Shown here: positions 40,601-52,100 of the stretch, piece by piece
Numbering within the stretch: position 1 is the stretch's first letter
How the letters are laid out: every line of letters starts with the position of its first letter
Source: Hydrolagus affinis
Taxonomy: Eukaryota
Reading direction: 5' to 3'
Assembly (NCBI GenBank): GCA_012026655.1
Contig: JAAILG010000790.1
Coordinates: 1-64,000, forward strand
DNA: 64,000 bases
Program-made: the position numbers and the translations under genes
The notes under the pieces: generated by a model
What the model was told of the DNA's origin: nothing
Databases searched by the model: none
The model's input: the letters and a program-made list of their open reading frames with translations, nothing else

Positions 40601-43600
40601 GTGATACCTGGCCTTCAGTTTTGATCCCAAGTTATTGAAAATTGCCAGTTCTCCGCATGATTGAAAAAAATGTGTCACCATCAAATACAATCATTTCATT
40701 ATTCAGAAGCCAGAGCATTGGTCTCCTTCCTGGTCAAACAGTGACCTGTAAGGTTTCTTTTGATCGATTTTCAAAGAGCAGTTAATTAATCTTGCATTGT
40801 ATTATACCACAACAAGGGGAGAGATTGCTTCATTTCACCCTCCTGCTGGCAGCCGATGATGCCTTTCACTTTGAAGTGAAAACTGTCCTTCAGCACAGAA
40901 TCATAACTTTCCATGGAAGGGTTTGCTGTTACATGAATGCACAAGGCATGGGAGGTAACAGTAAGCCCAACAATCGGTAGAAGGAACACAAAAGCTGGGC
41001 TGTATTCTGCGTGTTTGGAAGTCATCAAACAAAGGAAAATAATGATGGTCTAGCTGGGCAGCACACTGGCTTTGTGTTCATTCCCTGGACGGATGGGATG
41101 AAATTCACTTTTCTCGTTTGACTGTAAGGGAACTAAGCAAAATATGAGCCTGCATATGAAACTGCAGCTAGGGATCCACACTAATTGAGTTTTCGTTCAT
41201 TGAATTCACAAAGCTGGATGGTATGAGATATGTAGGTCGGCACAGTGATGTGTTTATGTGTATGTGCGTGTGTATAAGCAGTGGGTCGGGGTGGTAAACG
41301 GGTAGCACAATCTCTTTGCCGAACTGGGACTGCTACATGTTGCCATTGAGCACAATTGGTCCAAACTACAGGCACCAGCACTTATATACATCACCCCGCA
41401 CGAGCGCAAAATCCATGAAAATGTCAAAATATTTTTATTAATAATAATTTTTAAATATAACGACCCTTGCATTTGTCATCGGGCCTCTGACATTGGGAGG
41501 ACATCTGAAAGCACTGCACAAGATGTGCAGTAAAGAGGAGTGACCGCGTTTTGTGGCCAAACATACATGCAGATTATTCAATGGGAAAAAGACAGCGTCC
41601 ATTTATGTGTTGTGATATTCCATTACATTGGTCCCTTTTAATTTGTCCATACAAATGAATGGTGGGATTTGATCTACATTCAGCTGTTGCTATGCTAAAA
41701 TAAATATTGAGTCAAGATTAAAATTTTATAGAGAATGACGAACTGAACTAGTAAGGCAATGAATAAGAATTCACTTTTTTTTTTTAGTTTCGCCCTTCCC
41801 TGGCAATATAGAGGGTGAAATCTCTCTGCAAATAAAAACCTTCAAAACATATTAAAAAAAAACACAGAAAATTTATAGCAATTAGGGTTTTAGGTCACAG
41901 ATAAAATAACTTCAATCTAGAATATTTCAATAATTTCATTATTTTCTTGATGAAAGTTATAATAAATCTTTGCAATTTAATACGTCTTTCACTTTGGGAG
42001 CACCGTCTCAAAGCGATTCACCGTAAACAACAACAAAATTACATTTATAGAGTGCCTTTCACGTCGGGAGGACGTCCCAAGGCACTGTAAAGTGTAGTGC
42101 TTGTATTTTTGATGGCCAACATTATACTTAAATTAGTAACCCACAGTTCAGCAATAAGGATTTTTTATTAAACACATTACATTTCTCCTTATCTGGGGAA
42201 TGGAACGGTTTTAGAAACTGCTGACGAACGTTGGCTAACCTTCCCTAACATGTCCAGTATGTCTGATTCTGATGATTTTTCCCTTCACTACTAACTCAGC
42301 ATTTTACCTGAGCTCGTCAGATTTTTACATTTACTTAGACACAAGAGTAGTAACAGATGGTCACAGATGTAAATGTCAACCTGGGCACTCACTTGGAAAA
42401 CAACATGTCAAAACTAGATTATCTGGATGTTTATCACCCAACAAAAACAGTTGATTCTGGGACGATTAATTTTTTCAGAAGGAATGTGAATAATTAGTTG
42501 CTTGAGAACAATATTGGAAGATGCCGTGACAGAGAGGATAAAAATACTGGGGTGAAATGATTTCTCTGCTGTAGATTCATATGGAATGGGAGGGGAAAGA
42601 GTTTATGACTATTCTGGAGGTTTTCATTTATCTATATACAGTACTTTGGGGCTCAGAAAGTATTTATGTATTGCCTTCCCTGTGTGCCAGAATGGCCGTT
42701 GTAACATGTATAATATGGTGAGTTTTGGAAGGCCTATTCAAGGAGTGACCTTCTGCTCCCAAATCGAATGGATATTTTAATCGGATGCCAATTGCGATGG
42801 GAAGTACGTCGAACAGGTCTTACTCGGTGAAAAAGAGGTCGCAATGTTGGAACCAGCATTTTCATTCATCATTCACAAGGGTATACGAGTTGAATCTGAG
42901 TTTCCAAGAGCTCTGAGATGTTATTTTCTTGAAGGGTATTATATAAATTCAGGTGGTTGTTGTTCTTCCGTCTGGTGTTGCAATCCTGAGAGTTGAAGAA
43001 AAATAGAAGTTTGAGACCATCTGTCTGTGAAATTTTTGAGACAGGATTGGTTGAAAATACATTTGCTGCTCCACGTTTTCTTTCACAGATCTTTCTGATG
43101 GAGTAGTTGGATAGTATCCAAATACTGTGATTGCTGCCTCAATAGATCAATGCGTTCAACTCTGCTGCTACTCATCATTTATTTATTGCGTGTGACCTTG
43201 ACTGGGCCAGACACTGAAGACACCAGAACACCCATATTAATCCCTTTTCAGTCTGAGATTATGAACTAACTGCTTTGCAGATCTCTCTCTCTGGTAACCC
43301 AAACCATTAACATTGTTTACGGGGAGTGGTAGGTGGGTGGGGGGGGTGCATAGGTTAAACGTTATCTGTTATTTTGAAGTGTTGCTTGGGTATAATAAGT
43401 ACCCAACACACAAAAACACAGACCGATAAGAGGTTGTTTGATCTGGAGGCCTGTCTACTGTCAACTTCAACTCACCTATTCTTACAACCGGCAGAAAAAT
43501 TCAACATCGATATTCCCTGATCCTAAATACAGTAGCGATGAAAGAAAAACTCCATTCTTCCAAGTCCACGTCTCCATGATTAACAGGTGGCCCTCCTTCC

Positions 43601-46600
43601 TGCTACGTTCACTAATTATCCCACCCTTTGCCGCCACACACAACACAAAACAAAACGCAAAGCAGAGTGTCTGGAATCCTTTCCTGAACAATCAGTAATC
43701 AGACCTACCCTCCCGCTTCCTCACCATCTTTGGTAACGCACAATCCATTCGGAACGCACGTTGACTTTTACTTCTTACCACCAATCTGCATCACTTTGCA
43801 TGCATTTGCATTAAAATCCATCTGCCACGGTTTAACTCATCGTATTCACCTGGCAACATTGCCTGCTTTGGTGCCACCAGTAAATATATTAATACACAAG
43901 AAGTGCTCCCCTCCAAATCATTTGCACTCAGCGTTATCTGTGAACAGCAGTGAGAGAGCGAGAGAGAACAACTCCCCCACAATAGCTGTCGGGAGTACTT
44001 ATCAATACTTCTGCTCCAGTCTAAAAGTTCTCACTTTTCTAAATTATTTTGCAGCTGCTGCTTTAATAACACTTCCTACGAGAGGGATTTTTTTTATATC
44101 AGCGAGCAACCAACGCAGTGGATAAACTCAATGACTCCCACAAATGATGGGAGTAGTTTTCCAAACATGTACAGCAAATGTGAGCTGTACTCCCAATCTT
44201 ACTGAGCTACACACAAAATCCATATTAGATAGCCTGAAAACAGAGTTGCAGGAAAGGGGGGGAAAACATGGTGAGCATCACACACACCTCTTAAAAGTAG
44301 CAAGCTTTTCGTGATTGCATTCTTTAAAAGATAGAACCGGATAAATATATACTTGGCCATGGTTTGACGCATTCAATTGCAGAACGAGATGGGCAACAAC
44401 AACAACAACTTGCATTCATATACTGCGTTTCACCCCGTACGGCGTCTCAGAACGCTTTAGACCAGCATAGGTTTCTCTGCTGATTATGCTCGGGTGGGAT
44501 AGGGAACACTGCGTCCGAATGTCTATAGTTTCAGGCATTAAATGTTACACAAAATACACCCGTTAGAGCTCTGACTCAAAAAGTCTTCAAGGTCTCACAG
44601 GTTGACCAGCCTGGCCTGGCAAAAAATCATCGGTAAATAAGGTTGTTCTGTAATAGGCAATTTCTTTTGAACACGGTTTTCAGCAACTCCCACTCGCCTG
44701 CAGAACAGATTGAGGGACCTATAATTCTCTCACTGAAAAATATTTGATCACTTCCCAGTTCCACACATATTAAATAGATGGTGATTAAAGTCACCAAGAG
44801 ATTTCAGCTGCTAGCCACGTGAGCATGAGATAAATCTAACGCAAAAGTGATTCTTATATATGCACTGCGTACACATATGCACATAAATGCATATAAATAG
44901 TCCTTATATCAGGCGTGTGGCAAAAGTCCCATTGGCCCCTTCCTTTTATAGCCCAATAATCTCTTGTAATTTTAAAATATATATTTTGTTCTGGTCATGA
45001 TTATACAAATGGCAAATGGTCACACTGTCATATTTGGCAGGTCGTTAGCATGAATGATACCATGAACCAACCTGTTTTAACATTGGCTTAATGCCACTTT
45101 AATAAATAATTTAGTGGAGGGAAACCTGAGCCAGAGGACACTCTGTGAAGGAAAGTGATAACTCACCACATCTATTGGGATCTAAGGCCCGTTGGGGATG
45201 TATGGAATAAGGCACAAGCATCAGTTTTAAGGTGTTGCCATGGCTACACGGCGCAGCCAATATCATCTCATATCACAGCACAGTAAGATTGTTGCAGCTT
45301 AAGAAAAATTGATAAACTGAGTGCATCACTTTACAGATTTATCCATTCTGGCCAATTTTCCTCGACACAGTGTAAAAGCAAAATTGCAGCCCTTCACTCG
45401 ATATGATTCCAATGTGATGACTGTTTTTAGTCATGTTCACAGACTGAACGTTTTTTGTGAGAGGGTTAGGTGAACCATGCAACTAAGTAGGTTTTTTTTT
45501 TCTTCTGTTACTTGAATGCTGTAGTAAATATTTATTTTCCTAAGAACAGAAGGGGCAGTATTATGTTTCTGCAGCAATAAATCCTGTTCTTAGATTTGAA
45601 ATTTGAATGCACGAGCTTACACTTGGAAATTGGTTGCGATTGTCTTCATATAAAATATTCAGAATTGACATCCTCCCACAAAAAAAATTGATTGATGCAA
45701 AATCATATGGTTTTCCAAACCTGTTAAAAACCATTCGCACACAAAAAAAATTCTCCCTGAAAGTAATGGCTGAAGTGAACCTATCAACATCTGCCAACCT
45801 TCCAATGTACAGAGTAGTGCTCAATTTGAACAGTGTTTACAGATAAAAGGGAAGGCACAGTTGAAGAGGTAGATTTTAAGACAAGCTTCTAAGACAGATG
45901 GGGTAGGGGGCCAGATGGAATGATGGAGGAAGGGAGTTCTAAAGGTTAGGCATGTAGGAGTGATTGATTGAAAAAAATGAATGAATCATTGAATGTTACA
46001 GCTCAGGAACAAACTGTGTGGCCTTTTAGGTCTTCCCTGGTGTTTCACTCCGCACGAGCCTTCCTAACATAGTGTTTATAACTGTTAATGCAGCCACTTT
46101 TTCCCTTTGCATTTGTGAATACATTGGTACCAGTGAGCCCATTTGTGACTGTGCACCTAGGAAAAAAAAATATAGTACTGTATATTATTCCTTCAAACGC
46201 AGTCATAGTTAATTCTAAAAAAAATGTGTGGCCAAACCTGCAGTAAATCAGAACACTGGTCCTATTTCTGTTTTAGTTTCAACCAGGTTTTTAAATGCAA
46301 TTTTGCAACCCTTACATTTTCATTGCGTTAAATAAGATTGGGTTTCATTTCCTGACCTGCTGCGGTGGTCATTCTGAAGATCCAACATGTCTCGTTGTTA
46401 AACGTTAGATGTTAGTCACACTTTGTGGTTCTTTCAGATGACTCGGAATTGTTTTGGGGGGGACTCTGTCAGGCCATATAGATGACATTAGCTGCATTGA
46501 GCAAGCACTTTGCAAACATGCTGGTGAATTTAAACTATGACGAGGAGGCTGCCTAGTACTTCTGAAATCTCAGTTCAGTACATTTGTCCTTCTTTCAAGA

Positions 46601-46716
46601 TCATCATCTTCAAACGCTCTTTCATCATTAAAATGGCATTTCCTGTTCAAAGGAAACTCTTTCTGCGCACTGGGATTAGCCCACTTAGTTGATTATTTTC
46701 CTGAACAGATCAGGCA

Positions 46717-46743
46717 TTAGTTAGTTAGTTAGTTAGTTAGTTA
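46717..46743. repeat. (TTAG)n microsatellite
   Basis: About 6.5 perfect units. Confidence 0.9.
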
Positions 46744-47392
46744 TTGAATCAGACACTTTTAAACCACTTCTGTGGTAACGCAATTAAATACAGTACTATA
46801 TTTGGTGCTGGCACAATAAATATTATGTTGTGTTATAAGAATTCTGATAATGGCTTCACCTGAAAGCAAATACAGTCCATGGTTTTTCGCAGCAGTGTAA
46901 CTCATTAGTAATATGTTTCTCAATCTCTCATAGCTTGTTTGTTCTTACCATCAGAAGATTTGGGGGGCATTTGAGGAAACCCATTAGGTTTCCAGGAGCA
47001 TTTCCTGGATCAAAGAGATTGGCAGAGCAAGTGCTTTCTGCCTCAGCCTGCAGTAAGCTGCTCTGTGGCAACTACGCTCAGATGGTCCACAGGGATTGCG
47101 GCCTGAAACCTATAAATATTGATTGCTTATGGCCGTGGGCCTGTATGACAGCTGTGTGCAAACTTTTAAATTAACACCGCAATGGTGATTACTGAAACTA
47201 AACGACCAGGGCTATTTGCGTTATTTAATTTTTTCATTGAATACCCGCGGCGTCGATCCTTCGGTCGTTCCTCCACAAACCTGAGTCGGAATCAGTCACG
47301 GCCGTTTAATCTGCATCGAATTCTCTCGCGCAGTACAACTCGGGTTACAACCGTGCATTGATTTTGCTGTTGAACAATGATTTACGTTGCAG

Positions 47393-47641
47393 ATGCTGCA
47401 CAATAAGCACGTGATGGTGCGTGTCGGAGGGGGATGGGAGACGTTTGGAAGCTACCTGCTCAAACACGACCCCTGCCGGATGCTGCAGATCTCGAGAGTG
47501 GATGGCAAGACCTCACCGCTCCCGAACAAGTCCCCGTCAATCAAGGACCTGAGCCCCGATAGTTACCTTGTCGTGGCCGCTCACTACAGAGGCAGGAAAG
47601 AGAGCGCAAACAATAATAGCGGTAACTGGGTGACAAAGTGA
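47393..47641 (+). CDS. GAS2: GAS2 terminal coding exon 7 (GAR domain second half and C-tail)
   Basis: TGCAG acceptor; encodes [48 protein letters not shown]...NWVTK*, with the GAR signature MVRVGGGW; TGA at 47639-47641. Joined CDS = 966 nt, 321 aa. Confidence 0.96.
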   Translation: MLHNKHVMVRVGGGWETFGSYLLKHDPCRMLQISRVDGKTSPLPNKSPSIKDLSPDSYLVVAAHYRGRKESANNNSGNWVTK

Positions 47642-48764
47642 TGAGCCTAGTGTTGACCTACGCAGTATGTCCTCCTCCTCTATTATTCTGAAATAGTGAT
47701 TCACTGCCAGTACGTATAATCCACCTACAGCCCTTTTCCAGCCCTAGTCGGCCACGAGTGATCCAACACATTGAATGCAAGTCTCTGTGGATTATTATTA
47801 TTATTAATTTCATCATCATCATAATTGGTGAAAGCCCAAAGAGGCACCACAAGGCAGACTGTATGCAATTATCAGAATGTAATGACACCCGCTGTGAATA
47901 GACTCCTAGAGCTCCAGTAAGTGTCCAGAGTAATATTTAGAGGAAATTGGTGCAAGTCTTGATTGATTTTTTTTTCTCTCAGTTTCAGCGTGTTCCTGGG
48001 CTTTAAAGAGGTAACATTTTGCAACGCCCAGCTGGAACTTAACATCTCATTCATTAAGGGTATTATAGACATTGCTTGGCTCTCACTTATCCTGCTTCTC
48101 TTGCATTATGGCTGTTTGCAAAATTGGCTGTTTGTACTTAAGGCAGCACTGGTATTGGGCTTGTATTGATTGCTGTATACCAAATACGAAGCCCCAAGTG
48201 TACTGCAGGAGAGAGTATATCATGGTATAATATTTATAATCCCAAACATTTACCACAGGGATCTTTTATCCCGCTGTATGCAGGACAGCACCATTTTCAG
48301 ATGTTTGGCTAAATCCCAGTTAACATTATCTACTCACGGGAGAAAGGCAACCGTTCCAGCTGAGTGAATGAACGTGGGACTTGAAACTCCCAAATTGTTT
48401 GGACATACACTTGCTAGGGTAATACAGTACTACCTTAAGACTGTAGTCTGAATTCTTTCCCCTCCGCAATCTGGTAAATAGAAAAAAACACTCTTCACAG
48501 CACAAGATCTTCTGACTCTTCCATGCCCGATGCTGAATTGAAGGTGACAGCAGTTGCAGAAGGTACAATTTGTAACCAATCTGCATGATTCACTGACACC
48601 TTTGGGAGCTCAGGTGACGTGCAAGATGAGAATCTAACAGTTGATGGGTTGTTCCATATGTCTCTATCACTCTGTGTCCCTGACACAATTTCAGTAAAGA
48701 TTTAGAAGAACCACGATAGTGCAAATGGGTTTATTTTATTCTTTCACTGTTTCTTAGCACAGAG

Positions 48765-49145
48765 GTAGGGTGGGGGTGAGACCACGCCTCACCCATCCTC
48801 TCCTCCAATTCCAACTGCGAGGAGATGCTGGACTTCCTTGAATTCAAGGCTCCGGCCTGCTCCGTGCCCCCATACCCACCCGTCCCACCGTCGGCAGGCA
48901 AGCCTTTAGCCACTCAGCCCCCTACCTCTCCAATTCCATCCTGCAATCCCTCCCCCTCACTAGTCTCCTTCGAGTCCCACCTCAAGACCCTTCTCTTCAA
49001 CCGTGCTATCAGTCACTCCCCTTTCCTTCCTTCCCTCCACTCTCCCCGATCCCAACCACACCTTGGGTCTAAAACACTGACCATCCAGTTCCTTGGGACA
49101 TCATCCCGATGTGAAACACTATACAAATTTAATTTTGTTGTTATA
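48765..49145 (+). mobile_element. L2-type LINE 3' end
   Basis: Encodes ..PSLVSFESHLKTLLFNRA (L2 ORF2 C-terminal FKSxLKTxLF), then CCTTGGGACATC..CGATGTGAAACACTATACAAAT(TTG)n tail. Similar ends at ~30410-30590 and ~49640-49872. Confidence 0.75.
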
Positions 49146-52100
49146 TTTTCCTTCCACTTATCAAAGCCCAACGATTGGATAAACAGGCATTTAGTGACAT
49201 TACATTCGGGGCGTGATTACCTCTGCTTTATGCAGTGCCCTCTCTCCTCCTTTGCAAACACCCCCCACAAACAAATAATGCCTAAATAACTAACTTCCCT
49301 AGAAGTCATTCTATATTAAAATGATTAACAGGACTGAATATAATGCCTGCTTCCTTCCACACCAACATGAATATATTTTCAATGAAGTTCACGTAAGTCT
49401 ACAATAATCATCCTTGCATTTGATATAGCGCTGTTCACATCTTCTGTACGTCTCAAAGAGCTTCACAGGATATACTGTAAAGTGAATTGACTGTATATTT
49501 GTGGGCAAAACACAGCAGCCAATTGTGCACAGGCAGTGTCCCACAATCGTGGATTGAGTGACCCAATTTTTTTTTGAGGGATTATTATCAGGCTTGTGGA
49601 GGAAGGATGCTGGTTAAAATAAATATTATCCATTGTTCAGGAATACCCATGCCTCCATACTCTGGAACTCTGTCCCGCAGTCCCTCTGCCTCACCCCCTT
49701 TCTTACCTGCTTCAAGTCCATCTAAAGAGCTTTGTCTTCGACCGTGCCTTCGGCCATCCTCATCTGCCCTCCAACCCTTCTGACCACAGGGGCCAAAAAC
49801 CCGACTGTCCGGGGCCCTGGGATGCCCTTTTGAAGTGAAGGGCGTTATACAAGTGCAATTTGTTATTGTTTTGGGGTCTTCAAAGCTGCTGGCTGGACAA
49901 TGGATGCTGTTGGATCATTGCCAGTATCCCTGCAAGATTTGATCTTTGTGCGTTATCGACAGGTAGGCAGTTTTTATTTTTAAATGGATCGAACCTAATT
50001 AGTAAAACACCCTCCTTTCATTTTGCAGGTTATATTAGCTTTGATCTCTTCTTGAGCACTGTCCAAAACATGTATCATAATATGAAATGAAGTATAGATT
50101 TTTCAGTGTGCTTGAAGTTTAAAATGAGCAACGAACTAGATGTAGAGTCAACATTCCTTAAAAATAGATTTAGCTGGTGATGAACATCCTCAATTAATAA
50201 ATTCTGTCTCCATCCCTTCTTAAAATATTTGGGTATTTGATCCATGCTGGGACTGGCAGACGCTCTCAATGCGATAGAACTCTAAAAGTCATTGAGGATT
50301 AAGTGGTTTCTCACGGCTTTCTAATTCTGGTTGCGTTTGCACACTGAGCATTGGATTCATTCACAGCTTTAGATACAGTGAGTTTCTTCTCTGCAGCTAG
50401 CATTAGTTAATATCCATTGATGGAATCAAAATGGTGCTGAGCATCTTCTACTTGATAAAAATTAGCCTGTGGTGGTGGCATTGAAAAAAAAAGGCTTATT
50501 AGCAGCTTGCTTTCTACCTCTTCTGTCCCAACAGAGCCTTGAAGTTGTTTCAGTGGGAGCTTTTCTGATCTTTTTCAAACCATTTCTAAAGTTGAACCGA
50601 GTCACACTCCTCAGCATGTTATATCAATTGTCATGCTTCAGGTTTCTGCCTGCACTGGTTTCCCAGTTTTCTTCAGCTCCCTTTGAAAGCCACCTGATGG
50701 ATCAAGTGGTCTTTCTGTTGAAAGGGCAGCTAGGAGTCGTAGGCAGACGACTGCCATATAATGTCAATAACTGCAAATGTAACTGTGCAGCACTCTGCTC
50801 CTGATGTGGGCTGGAACAGTCGTACAAGGTCAGGGAACTATTTGGCATTATTTATTCCAAACTGTCCAAATTCGTGCAGTTTATCATGACCAAACACTAC
50901 AGCGAAATCTCCATTCTGCTCCTAGCAATTCCGCTCCTATTTGGCAGTGGAGCTGTCTCTGAAATTATCCCCGACAGGACAGTTGTTTCGAGGTGCTGGG
51001 GACAACGACAATGATGACAAATAGCGTGATCTACCACAGTGCATTAGTATGGAAACAAGTGACTGGATTTAGCGGTGTCAGGCTGTTTATCCAGCTCTGA
51101 TATAGAGAAAATGTACTGTATTTTAGTCTCTGTAAATAATACAAGTGCCCTTCATATTAAACAAACTACAAAAAGTGCAAGCAAGAATTGATGACACACA
51201 AAGTGTAAGACTGAAAAGCAGGTGGTCTGCAGAGGTTTTATTCAATCAAATTAGGAATGAATTAAAAAGACTGATCAACAAGCCAATGCTCATTTGTAAA
51301 CAGGTATATTTAAAAGTAAGGCTGCTCAACATTTACAAGTCTTAGCAGAAATGCTTGAAGCGCACATCACACTGGACTTCAGGTTGACATAAACTAATCC
51401 AAAGATAAAACGTTTTAATGCATCTCTAAATGGATGGCAACATTAATGCAATATTAATAGCTGTTGAGTATTATGGTACAAATGAACTACCTGCCCTGGT
51501 TGATGATTTTTCGTTGCATTTGTTGCGGTTTATACAATATAATTTGTTTGCCAGTAGGTCATTCGCTCCAATGAAAAAGTAAGAACCCTGCCAGCGATTT
51601 AGCACGTGTGGGAGAGCGATAGTGCATGAACCTGCGTTTGTGAATGGGGTTGTTGTGGTGATTGCACACTAACCTGTAGCCCTTCAGCACATGTGAATAC
51701 GAGCAAATAATTGTGACGGATAAAAAAGCTGTTTTCTTCAGTGCCTTAGGGAGTGCAGTGAAGAAATTTCACCGGTTGCCTTTGTTTGGTTTGAATCATA
51801 GAATGTATATAAAAAAAAACACAGCAGGACATTTGTTAGAAATTCTTACCCATTTCTGTGAATTTGACTTATTTTCCCCCGTTAAAAATCATTCCTTGCA
51901 GCCATCATCATACCATATAGCGTTCCCACTCGACATTCTCTGAAAATGTTGCAGCTTCTATCAAAAGTTAATTTACTGTAAACATTTGTCACCTGGTTAT
52001 CAAAGTTACGTCATAGGTGCTCGATTAAGTCCGTCTCAAAAGTTTCCAGTAAATCTATATTCACAGCACAAAACTGACCACAATTCATCATGAATTGGCA

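Noticed and set aside
43730-44125. 131-aa and neighbouring intronic ORFs as a nested gene
   Set aside because: Non-ATG start, no recognisable domain, and no supporting splice structure.
46717-46743. (TTAG)n as an interstitial telomere
   Set aside because: The unit is TTAG, not the vertebrate TTAGGG; an ordinary tetranucleotide microsatellite.
48825-49289. 154-aa Pro-rich ORF downstream of GAS2
   Set aside because: Overlaps a decayed L2 LINE 3' end; not a host gene.
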